The translations under genes were made by a program, and so were the position numbers. A model generated the notes under the pieces. The model had not been told where the DNA came from. It made no database searches and saw only the letters and a program-made list of their open reading frames with translations. Of a stretch of 64,000 nt of DNA, positions 9,968 to 20,265 are shown piece by piece (within the stretch, counting starts at the first letter, position 1; each line of letters begins with the position of its first letter). This DNA is from an uncultured delta proteobacterium (GTDB lineage Bacteria > Desulfobacterota > Binatia > Bin18). The stretch is from the NCBI GenBank assembly GCA_963733195.1, contig CAVTCR010000009.1:96001-160000 (forward strand), written 5' to 3'.

Positions 9968-10999
9968 TCACAATTGAGGGTGTACGTCAAATTGGCTGAG
10001 GGAGTTTGGTCCGAGCAATTGTTCACCGACTTTGCGGCCCGGTCCCCCGCGATCAATCATCGCTTGCGCGTCTCGACGCAAATGCGCCCAACACAGCTGG
10101 CGTTGGCGGAGCGGAGAACAGTCATACGCTTTGGCCCGATCACTCCCAATTATTCCGGCGTAGTCCTTTCCTAACAACTCGTGGAGGACTTTTGCTCCAC
10201 GCGAGCGCCGAATCGCATACACACTGGCCTGCGGTGTTACCACGGTCCATAAGTGCACCCGGCGATTCTGCTCCCGCCATCGCGTTTCATCTACATTCGT
10301 ATCGCTCCACCGCACACAATCTCGGACATCGTCGACGGGGTCGCTCACCGCACGCCTCACCACCTGTTCTAACCCACAGACTTCGCCAAGCGAGAGCGGA
10401 ATGCCCCACACTTCACGGCTGAAGTGCGCAATCATACGCTTGCTCATCCGGTACGCCCCACTACATAAGGCCACAATACTGGTGAAGCATGGCCCATAGC
10501 CCGTCGTGGGAACGCCTTGCGGTAATTCTCCACACGTCGTGATCCCACAGTGATCGCAGGACAACCGGTGTTGTTGATACTCCGTCACGTGCGGCAGCGG
10601 CGGCGGCAATTCCACTACTTGATGCCGATGGGGTTGCGGATCGCTCCCGTGCAACCCTTGGCCACACCGCCGACAGTGGGTCGGGGTACAGACAATCACT
10701 TCATTGACCTGCTCCACGGGCACTAACGTGCGGTGATGCGCGGGATGGCCTGGTTGTCCGCCTCGTTTACGGCCTGAGGAGGGACACGGTGGCTTGCGCT
10801 TCACGTGCGGCCCATCACTCAAGGGTGGTTTGGAGGAGTTCTGGGAATTCTGGTTGCGCTGTGCTTTCAACTCGGCCACTTCGGCTTCAAGTTTGGTAAT
10901 CCGCGCTTCCTGACGATCGAACACCTCCCACAACACCGCTTGCACATGCAGTGGAATCTGCTCCCATAACTCGACCGGTATTGGCGGCGTGCGTTCCAT
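9968..10999 (-). mobile_element. IS66 family transposase, C-terminally truncated
   Basis: Coiled coil then NSQNSSKPPLSD, GGQPGH, zinc ribbon CRRCG/CDHCG, VDETRW, SDRAKAY and QLCWAHLRRD. The sequence stops before the usual C-terminal catalytic Glu region. Confidence 0.88.
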
Positions 11000-11069
11000 C
11001 TGCGCGCTCTCTTACCCTAAACAACTTCTGTTTCTTTTTGCTCCTAGTAGTAAACACTTGTCCCTATCC

Positions 11070-12380
11070 CTATTTGCCCTTGCGCAAAATCTCCATCAAC
11101 TCGAACCGTTGCGCTGCGAGTGGAGCGTTGTAGGTCATCGAGTCACCTACCGTGAAGAGTGTCGCGCGATCTTTTACATAGTTGATCCATGATGAACCGA
11201 CAAAGACGGGCAGCGGAAGGCCGTTACTCCCTGGGTGAGCCGTTGGGTGCGTATGCGCCGTGAGTACAAGCCGGACGAAAGCTCCCTCTGTATTATATGT
11301 GAGAATCATCAGCGGAGTATAAGTTTGCTGATCAAGCACGAACACACGCTTGCCGAATGGATGGGACCGACGTGGAGTGCATTCGAGCAGGAGCACATGC
11401 CGAAGCTCCCATGGCACCTGTAGATACCAATTGTTCTTGCCGCCAAAGTTGAGTTCTGTGGTCTTGAGAAACCCAGGAACGAGTAGAAGACGGGAACCAC
11501 CATATGCCCAGGTATACTCATGGAGATACCCTTGGAAGAAAAACGGCGGTTGCTCTTCTTGCAGCATTTCATAGTAGCCACCAATGGGAGTGACGAAATT
11601 CACATGATCCTTACGAGTGCGGCGATTGTGTGGGGAATAACGCCACTGCTCGGTCGCACGCTGATCATTCGCGTAGAACGTACGTAGGTTCATGACTCCC
11701 TCTTGGTCGGACGGGGCGAGCAGTTCGAAGGAGTTCTTCAAATAGATGCCTTGCGCCTGCCACTGTGGGTCATTGTCGGTCGGATTTGGACGATACATGC
11801 CGAAACGAATACGCATATGCCCACGGTTGCTGTGCTCGACTCCGCCTGAGGCGTTGACCTGGCGCGGATTGGCACGGAGTTCGAATGTTTCCCCCATATC
11901 GCGATGGCGCAGGTTCCAGGCCAATTTTTCTCCGGCTTGTGGATCTGCGGAATCAAGGAGAGGGAATGGCGTACCAGCGAGATAATTGACCGGAGGACCC
12001 CCACCATCCAGCGAGACGGTATGGGAGTGCTGGATCGTAGCATCAAGATAAGCTTGGCGAGGTGGGAGGTCAGTGGTTTCCTGAATAGCAACTTCGAGGG
12101 CTCCGGATTCAATCAGTTGTAGAATCTCTGGCGGTAGCATTTCCTTGGCAGAGTGGACATTGTTGCGAGAGAGGATGACCCCAGGTTCAAGACCAGGAAT
12201 ACGTGGCGTACCTTGGCTATAGGGACGAAAATGCGTCAGAATAGCAGACTCATCCGCCCACAATGACCGACATTGCAGCATGCTAAGAACCAAAGATGCC
12301 ACGGTGGTATACAGCAGGAATATGACAGCGGAAGAACCGCCGCTATTTCTGTCACGAGCGAGGTTACGCTGCCGTTTCAC
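11070..12380 (-). CDS. DUF1329 family exported protein (LolA-like C-terminus)
   Basis: GTPFPLLDSADPQAGEKLAWN, WRYSPHNRRTR and HPFGKRVFVLDQQT motifs; hydrophobic N-terminus; GTG at 12380 after AAGGAGG. Confidence 0.8.
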   Translation of the reverse strand: MKRQRNLARDRNSGGSSAVIFLLYTTVASLVLSMLQCRSLWADESAILTHFRPYSQGTPRIPGLEPGVILSRNNVHSAKEMLPPEILQLIESGALEVAIQETTDLPPRQAYLDATIQHSHTVSLDGGGPPVNYLAGTPFPLLDSADPQAGEKLAWNLRHRDMGETFELRANPRQVNASGGVEHSNRGHMRIRFGMYRPNPTDNDPQWQAQGIYLKNSFELLAPSDQEGVMNLRTFYANDQRATEQWRYSPHNRRTRKDHVNFVTPIGGYYEMLQEEQPPFFFQGYLHEYTWAYGGSRLLLVPGFLKTTELNFGGKNNWYLQVPWELRHVLLLECTPRRSHPFGKRVFVLDQQTYTPLMILTYNTEGAFVRLVLTAHTHPTAHPGSNGLPLPVFVGSSWINYVKDRATLFTVGDSMTYNAPLAAQRFELMEILRKGK

Positions 12381-12493
12381 AGACCCCTCCTTTGACGATG
12401 ATCGAGTCAGAATGTTATCAAGGAACATACTATGGGCATGGATGATGGGACAATCAAGCTGGATAGAGAGAAAGGACAACCGCGAGTAAGCGT

Positions 12494-13003
12494 ATGAAGA
12501 TACTGACGAGCCTGATACTGACAGCCGGGTTGTCTGCCATCGGGACGGTGGCAGGAGCGGAGATGTTCACCGATGAGGTTACCAATGCGCTGAAGACCGA
12601 GAGTTACATTTATGTGGCGACGCGACGCCTGAATGGCCAATGGAGTACCGCCGCGCCAGTGTGGTTCATGTACGATGGTGAAGAACTCTATTTCACAACC
12701 GCGCCGAGCAGTCACAAAGCCCACCGCATCCATCGTGGGAGCCCAGTCAAGATTTGGGTGGGAACGAAAGATGGCCCATCATTTGAAGGAAAAGCCCAGT
12801 TTGTGAAAGGTGGCGTATTAGCGGAACGCATGGGAAAAGCGTACAGCGACAAATACTGGGTCGCCTGGCTGGGATTTTTCAAACCCCGACCCGCACGAGT
12901 TGGATCGGGGAAGACCCTTATTGTGAAGGTCACGCCAAAGGTGCAACCCTCTACGCAAGAGGCAACCAAAGAGGTCACCCCAACAGACACGAGTCAAAAG
13001 TGA
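12494..13003 (+). CDS. Pyridoxamine 5'-phosphate oxidase-like (split beta-barrel flavin/deazaflavin-binding) protein with signal peptide
   Basis: YVATRRLNG...APVWFMYDGEELYFTT...SHKAHRI motif; N-terminal MKILTSLILTAGLSAIGTVAGA. Confidence 0.75.
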   Translation: MKILTSLILTAGLSAIGTVAGAEMFTDEVTNALKTESYIYVATRRLNGQWSTAAPVWFMYDGEELYFTTAPSSHKAHRIHRGSPVKIWVGTKDGPSFEGKAQFVKGGVLAERMGKAYSDKYWVAWLGFFKPRPARVGSGKTLIVKVTPKVQPSTQEATKEVTPTDTSQK

Positions 13004-13038
13004 GGGCACGTGTCAACATGCCCTTCTCTGCTTAATGA

Positions 13039-13827
13039 CTATTTGTTAGTAAATTTTCCTGTCCGCTTTTCGAGAAATGCGGTGATCCCTTCCTTTCCAT
13101 CGGCGGTGCGGGCTCGTGCCGCGATGACTTGCGATTCCAGTTCCATCTGTGTCTCCAGCGTTTCGCTAAAACCACTATGGAGCAGTCGTTTCGCCCCACC
13201 AAATGCGCCGGTCGCTCCGGCGGCGAGTTGCGCAGCGAGGGTGTCGGCCTCTGCTTGCAGATTGGCATCAGGCACGACCTTGGTAACAATGCCCCACTCC
13301 AGAGCCTCCTGGGCGGACAGTACACGATTGGTGAGTGTCAGTTCTAACGCACGTTTGAGGCCAACGATGCGCGGTAGGAAGTACGTGGAAGACCCGTCCG
13401 GAGTCAGGCCCACGCGCGTATAGGCCATGGTAAATTTTGCTGATTCGGCGGCAAGCACGAGATCGCAGAAGCAGCACAAACTCATCCCCGCTCCTCCCGC
13501 AGTGCCGTTGACCGCGGCAATGAGCGGAGCATCCATGCGCGTGAAACGGGATACGGCAGCATGCAGATAGGTCGTCACTTCTTTGAGGTGGTACGCTATG
13601 TTCTCATCCTGAGCGGCAAAACTTTTCAAGTCACCGCCGCCGGAGAATAAACGCCCGGCGCCGGTCAGAATGACGGCACGAATTTCGGGGTCTTCACTGC
13701 ACCTGAGTGCAGCGTGCATGAGATCTTTGCCCATCTCCGCATTGAGTGCATTGGCTGCCTCTGGACGATTCATGGTAATCCGAGCAACGTTGTTCTTTAC
13801 CTCGAATAAAATGGTGGAATATTGCAT
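13039..13827 (-). CDS. Enoyl-CoA hydratase/isomerase family protein
   Basis: NRPEAANAL, FSGGGDL, AAVNGTAGGAG, GLTPDGSSTYFLPRIVG. Confidence 0.92.
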   Translation of the reverse strand: MQYSTILFEVKNNVARITMNRPEAANALNAEMGKDLMHAALRCSEDPEIRAVILTGAGRLFSGGGDLKSFAAQDENIAYHLKEVTTYLHAAVSRFTRMDAPLIAAVNGTAGGAGMSLCCFCDLVLAAESAKFTMAYTRVGLTPDGSSTYFLPRIVGLKRALELTLTNRVLSAQEALEWGIVTKVVPDANLQAEADTLAAQLAAGATGAFGGAKRLLHSGFSETLETQMELESQVIAARARTADGKEGITAFLEKRTGKFTNK

Positions 13828-13937
13828 ATAGCTCCTCCGTATCGATGTTGAGTAGAAACACCTATGGAAATTACAGAAGACGTAATACGTAAAACGTAAA
13901 AGGAGAGGAGAGGGGGTTACGTATTACGTCTTACGCT

Positions 13938-14813
13938 TTACGTCTTCAGAAACTTCGCCACTGCCTGTCCAATCTCAGCCGGTGAATCTTCTTGAATAAA
14001 GTGCAACCCTTTCACCGTCACTTCTTGTTGGTTCGGCCAGGTGCGACAGAAATCCCGCGCTTTTCCCGCGAGAATCATTCCTGGGTCAGCATTGATAAAG
14101 AGTTTAGGGATGTTGCTGGCAGAAAGCCATTGGCCATAGCGATCGACGATTTCAACGACGTCGGCTGGCTCGCCTGCCAGTGGAATCTGCCGTGGCCAGG
14201 TCAACATCGGGCGTCGAACCTCGCCAGCTTCCAGATACGGGCGGCGATAGACTGCCATCTCTTCTTCGGTTAGACCACGTTGCACGCTGGCAGGCAGAAT
14301 ACGTTCGATAAAAATGTTCTTCTGTAACACGACTTCTTCACCGGCCGGCGAACGCATGAGTTGAAAAATTTTCGTTGCTGACTCTGGCCAGTCGCCCCAC
14401 CCCAACGACTGCACAATCGCCTCCATATACACAAGCCCTTTGACTCGGTCAGGATGACGCTGGGCCCAATGAAATCCCAACGCTGATCCCCAATCATGAA
14501 TAACAAGCGTGACATTCTTGGTGAGGCTCATCGTGTCGAACCATGCATCGAGATACCGTGCATGGTCGACGAAACGATACGAACCGTCAGGTGCTTTGCC
14601 GGAATCGCCCATACCGATGAGGTCTGGTGCGAGACAGCGACCGAAGCGTTCGACATGTGGGATGATATTCCGCCATAGGTACGACGAGGTCGGATTGCCG
14701 TGCAGGAACACAATTGGATCACCGACGCCGACATCGACATAGGCCATGTCTGAGTCGAGAACTTTAACGCGATGGCGGGTGTAAGGGTCGTGTGGGGAAG
14801 TCGTTCGGCTCAT
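13938..14813 (-). CDS. Haloalkane dehalogenase (LinB/DhaA-like, HLD-II)
   Basis: HGNPTSSYLWRN, nucleophile IHDWG, acid YMEA, base GLHFIQED and LTWPRQIP. Confidence 0.93.
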   Translation of the reverse strand: MSRTTSPHDPYTRHRVKVLDSDMAYVDVGVGDPIVFLHGNPTSSYLWRNIIPHVERFGRCLAPDLIGMGDSGKAPDGSYRFVDHARYLDAWFDTMSLTKNVTLVIHDWGSALGFHWAQRHPDRVKGLVYMEAIVQSLGWGDWPESATKIFQLMRSPAGEEVVLQKNIFIERILPASVQRGLTEEEMAVYRRPYLEAGEVRRPMLTWPRQIPLAGEPADVVEIVDRYGQWLSASNIPKLFINADPGMILAGKARDFCRTWPNQQEVTVKGLHFIQEDSPAEIGQAVAKFLKT

Positions 14814-14874
14814 AATTCCCTCCGAGACGAGTGCAAAATGCAAGTCTACAGCGACACGTATTACGCATCACGCA

Positions 14875-15912
14875 TTACGTACTCGCCCCCACAATCCCCG
14901 CCATCAGTTTGAACGCCTGCGGCTGACTCGACTGCACCAGCATCGTGGAAACGCCAGCGTCCTCCCATGTTTTGAAGCGTTGACGAATACGCGACTCAGG
15001 ACCGCACAACGACATTTCATCACAGAGTTCATCTGGGACGAGTGCTGTCGCTTCTTGTTTACGACCGGAGAGATAGAGGTCCTGAATTTTCGCTGCGACG
15101 TCACCATAACCGTACCGCGAAACCATCTCGTTATGGAAATTTTTGTTCTTCGCCCCCATACCGCCGACATAGAGTGCGAGCGTCGGCTTTAGCTGCGCCA
15201 GGCAGGCTTTGACATCATCACCGATGACAACGGTGCAACCAGCGGCAACGTCAAAATCTTTCCATGACTTGCTGTTACCTGCACGTTGGAAACCTTCTTC
15301 GATAGCCGGTTTGAACATGCCCATGCGTTGCGGTGAGAACCAGATTGGTAGCCAGCCATCAGCGACTTCGGCGGTAAGTCGAATACTCTGGGGCTGCATC
15401 GTTGCGAGATAGATTGGCAACTGTCGTCCATGCAGGATCGACTTCAACGGCTTGCCGAGACCCGTAGCATCAGCACCACGATAAGGTACCTGATAGGCTT
15501 TGCCTTCGAGGACAACCGGTTTCTCTCGTGCCCAGATTTGTCGCAGGATATTCACGTATTCGCGCAACCGAGCGACCGGCTTGTCATAGGGTTGCCCGTG
15601 CCAACCTTCGACTACTTGCGGGCCAGAGAGACCGAGACCGACCAGCACGCGCCCACCGCCAGCAAGGGCATCAAGCGTAGACATCGTCATGGCACACATT
15701 GCTGGCGTACGACCTGCAAGTTGCATGATACCAGTGCCGAACTTGATGCGTGAGGTTTTGGCTGCGAGATATGCCAACGGCGTCACTGCATCCGATCCGT
15801 AGGCTTCCGCGGTCCACACCGAATCATAGCCAAGTCGTTCTGCTTCGAGCACGAAATCGACCGGCAGTTTAACCTCACTACCAGTATAGCCAATGCTGAT
15901 GCCGAGTTTCAT
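14875..15912 (-). CDS. LLM-class F420-dependent oxidoreductase
   Basis: WTAEAYGSDA, GLGLSGPQVVEGWHG and LYVGGMGAKNKNFHN motifs of the actinobacterial-type F420 LLM subfamily. Confidence 0.9.
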   Translation of the reverse strand: MKLGISIGYTGSEVKLPVDFVLEAERLGYDSVWTAEAYGSDAVTPLAYLAAKTSRIKFGTGIMQLAGRTPAMCAMTMSTLDALAGGGRVLVGLGLSGPQVVEGWHGQPYDKPVARLREYVNILRQIWAREKPVVLEGKAYQVPYRGADATGLGKPLKSILHGRQLPIYLATMQPQSIRLTAEVADGWLPIWFSPQRMGMFKPAIEEGFQRAGNSKSWKDFDVAAGCTVVIGDDVKACLAQLKPTLALYVGGMGAKNKNFHNEMVSRYGYGDVAAKIQDLYLSGRKQEATALVPDELCDEMSLCGPESRIRQRFKTWEDAGVSTMLVQSSQPQAFKLMAGIVGAST

Positions 15913-16238
15913 GTATGCCTCCTAATCCGTTCGTCCTGAGCGTACCCTGAGCTTGTCGAAGGGGAAGTCGAAGGATGAACAGGGGATTATTGCTCGTGCC
16001 GAGAATGACCCCGGCCCACTGCTACCCGTGCAGCAGCGGTACGTCAATCGGGGATCAGAAACGGGGTAGCTAGCGTCCGTCCTATGGTAGTGCTATCCAG
16101 GTAATGCTCTGCTGAGAGCATACTGCAAAAAAGCTCTGCTGATTCACTCCGGTGCAGAGTAGTATTTGCTTGCTGGCATTACTTGGATACCACTACCCAA
16201 ATGTTGTCCTTCAACGGCATCCAGGAACTGACACCTGA

Positions 16239-17095
16239 GAGGCTGTCTGAGAAGTTCAAACCGGTGCCAACCGTCTGAGCATCAAGCGAATCATCGCGAT
16301 GTAAATCATGGCTTCACTGCTAGCGGGTAACACCTCATAGTCTTTGCTCAAGCGACGATACTGATTGAGCCAGGCCCAAGTCCGCTCCACGATCCAGCGG
16401 CGCGGGAGGACCACGAACCCCTTCTGTGCGTCGGACCGAAGCACGGGCTGTAAGCGAAACCAAAAGTGCGTAGCTCCCACCCGACCAACTGGCCCCGATA
16501 GGCCCCATCCACCCATATCACCCGCAGCTTCTTGCACGCCCCACCCACGCGGCGCAACAAGCACCGCGCCCCGGCGGGGTCCGAGCACGACGCGACCGTC
16601 ACGACTACCACCATCACCAACCCCAAAGTATCGACGAGCAGATGCCGCTTCCGCCCTTTGACCTGTTTGCCCGCATCATAGCCCCGCACGCCCTCGATCT
16701 CCGTCGTCTTGACACTTTGACTGTCCAGACACCCGGCTGTCGGATGTTTATGCCGCCCGGCTTGCTGCCGGACCCGCGCTCGTAGCGTGTCGTGCAGCCG
16801 CTGCCACGTGCCGTTGTCCCTCCACTGGCGAAAATAATGGTACACACTCTTCCAGTTCGGATATTCGCGAGGTAACATCCGCCACTTGATCCCCCCGACC
16901 ACAACATACAGAATCGCGTTCAGGACTTGGCGCATGTCCAGGGTCCGCGGTCGCCCGCCCGGCTTTGCGGGCGGAATCAATTCTTTGCTAATGTCCCATT
17001 GACTGTCGGTTAAATCCGTTGGGTATAATTGGTTATGCATTCTCCAACGATACCCACCTGAGCCGATCGACAGTCAACCCTTCTCAGACAGCCTC
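16239..17095 (-). mobile_element. IS5 family (IS1031-like) insertion sequence; transposase 16256-17040 with one frameshift
   Basis: Perfect 16-bp terminal inverted repeats GAGGCTGTCTGAGAAG (16239-16254 and 17080-17095), 3-bp TGA direct repeats on both sides, and [38 protein letters not shown] motifs. Confidence 0.95.
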
Positions 17096-17103
17096 TGAGA
17101 CGC

Positions 17104-17219
17104 TCACTTGGGAAAGAGGAACTGAATTGGGACGCGTAGTTGCCAATCCGGTCCGAACTCGGGCTTCTCGGCGTTGTAGAATGCCTGAATCTGTGTGTTG
17201 ACCGGCAGCCCAACTTTGC
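17104..17219 (-). pseudogene. C-terminal remnant of an outer-membrane beta-barrel-type protein gene, cut by IS1
   Basis: KVGLPVNTQIQAFYNAEKPEFGPDWQLRVPIQFLFPK-stop begins at the IS1 end; alternating strand pattern with a C-terminal F-L-F-P-K. Confidence 0.55.
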
Positions 17220-18063
17220 GGTCGTGTCTCCCCTTTGTTGATAGGAGAAAAGACAGGTATCGTGTGGTCAGAAGGAGAAACAACCGATGGCTGAGGCAGC
17301 AGTAAAGTGTCCCCATTGTCAGAGTAAGGCGGTCGTGAAGTATGGCAAGACGAGCAATGGCAAGGAGCGGTGTCGCTGTCAGCAAAGCGCGGCGTGTGGG
17401 CGGACATTTTTACGCAGCTCTGCCTCTCCCGGCTGTTTGCCGACAGTGAAGCAGCAGAGCGTGGACCTGACACTCAAGGGGAGGGGGATCCGCGATAGTG
17501 CCCGCGTCCTGCAGGTCGGGTCCAACCCGGGCTTCGCGAATTAAAAAAAAGCCGCCGGGCTGTCCCAGGTCAACACGAGCGGCGGGCGAGGGCTGTTGTC
17601 CGGAGGCGCTCACGGTCGAAGTGCGGCGCGTCGAAGCCGCAGAGGGCGATGAGAGGTGGAGTTTCGTGCAAAGCAAAGCCCCCCAGCGCTGGTTGTGGCA
17701 GGCGATTGATCATGTGAGCGGCGTGGTCCTGGCGTCTGTCTTCGGCAGTCGAGCGGACTCAGTCTTCATCGAGTTGCAGAAGTTGCTCAAGCCTTTTGGC
17801 CTGGAGCCCTTCTACACGGCTGCGGCGGGCGTCTCTGCGCGGCCCCTTCCCACAGCCGCGCACACCATGGGCAAAATCAACCCCCAGCAGCTCGAACGCA
17901 AACATCTCACGCGACGGACCCGAATCAAGCGCTTAGCTCGCAAAACAATTTGGTTCTCGAAATCCGGGTTCATGCACGATACCGTCATAGGACTCTTTGT
18001 GCATCGCTATGAATTTGGCACACTCGTCTAAACTTCACGAACCAACAATTCGAGAACACGACC
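17220..18063 (+). mobile_element. IS1 family element (insA 17287-17544, insB to 18031), degenerate
   Basis: InsA CPHCQS...YGK...RCRCQ zinc finger; A8 slippery run at about 17543; InsB DERWSFV...WLWQAID...LERKHLTRRTRIKRLARKT. Imperfect IRs GGTCGTGT-N7-TTGTTG. The second catalytic Asp appears lost (YTAA). Confidence 0.85.
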
Positions 18064-18802
18064 GCAGGAGGTGGTCCTGCCCGCCTGGGGTAAGAAAGTG
18101 GTAGTGGTAGCGGATGCGGCCTATCCCGCGCGCGCGAATCTGCAAGCGATTCAAGCCCGCGGCTGGTACTTTGTGATCGCCTTTCCGCGCACCTGGCAGC
18201 TGGCCAACGGCCAATAGCTGCGCGATCTTGTGCCCCATTTGCCGATCCCTCATTATCGTCAAGTCCGCGTCCCCTTGGTGGTCCCTAACACCCAGCGCCG
18301 GGTCTTCTGGACGTTTGCCCAGCAGGCACAGTGGGCGCACGTGGGAGAGGTCACCGTGGTGCTCAGTCGCCGGCGGCGTAACGAGAGCCCCAAACACACC
18401 AAACTGCTCGTGACCAATCTACCGCACGCGACCGCGCCCCTGACCGTGGCACTCTATCTGCGACGCTGGCCGGTGGAACTCTGTATCAAAGAACTCAAGA
18501 GCGTTGTGGGGTTGGGACAACATCCAGTCACCAAGGACGTGGCCCGGGTGGAGCGTTCGGTCGCAGTAGCGGTGATGGCGTACCTGCTGTTGCTGCGGCT
18601 GCGAGCGAAGCAGATCAAGCCAGGAACAATCCTGGAGTGCGTTCACGCTCAAGCAAGAGTTGGCGTGGGAGTGGGGCATGGACCACCTGCATCGGACGGT
18701 CCGGCAAGAAGCCCGCAAGGAGATCCGTCGGCAACGGACAGCTGAACCGCCCCCATTGCGGCTGGCAGCGTAAGCACCTCGCTCAACCTGTCAACTTTGA
18801 GT
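18064..18802 (+). mobile_element. IS701/IS4-like transposase, C-terminal fragment (pseudogene)
   Basis: VVVVADAAY, LLVTNLP, YLRRWPVELCIKELKSVVGLG motifs; internal TAG and frameshift; N-terminus missing. Confidence 0.75.
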
Positions 18803-18824
18803 AAATAAGGAATCCCGCTCTTTC

Positions 18825-18999
18825 TTCCCCTCATCCTGACCTTCTCCCGAAGGGAGAAGGAACCTCAGGTCGTACTTGCCTAAAGAGTGCCGAACAGTAT
18901 TGCATCGACAGCCCCGCTGAGGCTGAGATCCAAATCCATGGATACGAGGAACGCCCCAGACGGGGCGCTTGAGGATAGCCGGGGAATTCATTCCCCGGC
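18825..18999. repeat. Cluster of REP-like palindromes
   Basis: CCTTCTCCC-GAA-GGGAGAAGG, CAGCC-N7-GGCTG, GCCCC-AGAC-GGGGC and GCCGGGGAAT-TC-ATTCCCCGGC hairpins downstream of the LLM gene. Confidence 0.65.
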
Positions 19000-19010
19000 A
19001 CGCTTTCTCG

Positions 19011-20144
19011 TTACTTGCCAGCCCGAGTCGTTGCTGACGTGCTCACATCCACCGCCGTGCGACGCGGTTGCGGCGACGGCTTCCAGCTCTTAATCTCGGG
19101 GCCGACTTCTTTGGCGAATAGCTTCATGCACTGTTCGACTTGGTCATACGGTATGCTTTGGTAGCTGAACGCACCGTTGACTTCAAAGTCACCAATCAGT
19201 TCGCGACGTTTGCGCAATTTGGCAAGGATCATGTCAGGCGTTCCCCACAGGTTCGCACTGAGGAAATCTTCCACGACTGCATCTTGACCCGCAGTCTTCA
19301 TTGCTTCCGATGCCTTGGCGTAATGCTGATACGAATTACCAGTGCCAGCAAAATGGTCGCCGAGCATTTCGTAGTGCTCCATCACACTAAAGTAGTAGCC
19401 GACTATGTTCTTATGCGCGACTTCTTCAGCTTTCTTCTGGTCAGGATAGCAAGCAACGAAGTCAGCAATGTGGATCGGTGGTGCTTCCTCTCCGTTATTC
19501 TTCTGGCGATATTCTTCACGATACGCCCAGATGACATCAGCGACCTTCTCCCATGACATTTGCGAGAACAACATCGCGCCAAGTCCGAGAGATGCTGCCA
19601 CTGAGAATGACTCAGGCGACATACACACCATATAACGGCGGCCTTTGAAACTCTTGATCGGGCGCGGACGCACTTCGATACGACTCTGTGGATAGTATTT
19701 ACCGTTGCCTTCGACGAAACCGGTTTCCAGACCTTTGACGATCATCTCAGAGGCTTCGTTAAAACGATCGCGCGCTTCGGACATGTCAACGCCCATCCCA
19801 CGATATTCCCGACGTGCGAGCCCACGTCCAAGGCCAAGTACAGCACGACCATCAGACAGATGATCAAGCAGCACCATTTTTTCTACCATACGCATTGGAT
19901 TGTTCCACGGAACAATAATCGCGCCAGTTGCCAGCTCGATGCGCTCGGTCCGTGCCGCAACATAACTGAGATACTGCATATTGTCCGGGCAGATCGAATA
20001 GTCGAAGAAGTGATGTTCTACTGGCCACAGGATGTCGTATCCCCAGCCCTCTGCTTCAATCGCCAGACGCAATTCGTGTTTGTACATCTCGCGGTCGGAG
20101 TAATCTTTATGGTTCTGAATGACCATCTGAATGCCAACTCTCAT
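19011..20144 (-). CDS. LLM-class flavin-dependent oxidoreductase
   Basis: WPVEHHF, LSYVAARTERIELAT, LDHLSDGRAVLGLGRG, WGTPD. Confidence 0.9.
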   Translation of the reverse strand: MRVGIQMVIQNHKDYSDREMYKHELRLAIEAEGWGYDILWPVEHHFFDYSICPDNMQYLSYVAARTERIELATGAIIVPWNNPMRMVEKMVLLDHLSDGRAVLGLGRGLARREYRGMGVDMSEARDRFNEASEMIVKGLETGFVEGNGKYYPQSRIEVRPRPIKSFKGRRYMVCMSPESFSVAASLGLGAMLFSQMSWEKVADVIWAYREEYRQKNNGEEAPPIHIADFVACYPDQKKAEEVAHKNIVGYYFSVMEHYEMLGDHFAGTGNSYQHYAKASEAMKTAGQDAVVEDFLSANLWGTPDMILAKLRKRRELIGDFEVNGAFSYQSIPYDQVEQCMKLFAKEVGPEIKSWKPSPQPRRTAVDVSTSATTRAGK

Positions 20145-20265
20145 GTCGACTCCTTTCGTGTCACTCCGCACGAGGCTTTCCAGGGCATCGGGCAGGAGCA
20201 GGAAGAATTTGTGCGGTACGCTACCTTAATCAGATAGAGAGGGCAAGAAGAAGCGCTCACACAAC

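Noticed and set aside
9960-11070. Terminal inverted repeats of the IS66 element
   Set aside because: No matching pair could be identified; the element is truncated, so only the transposase is reported.
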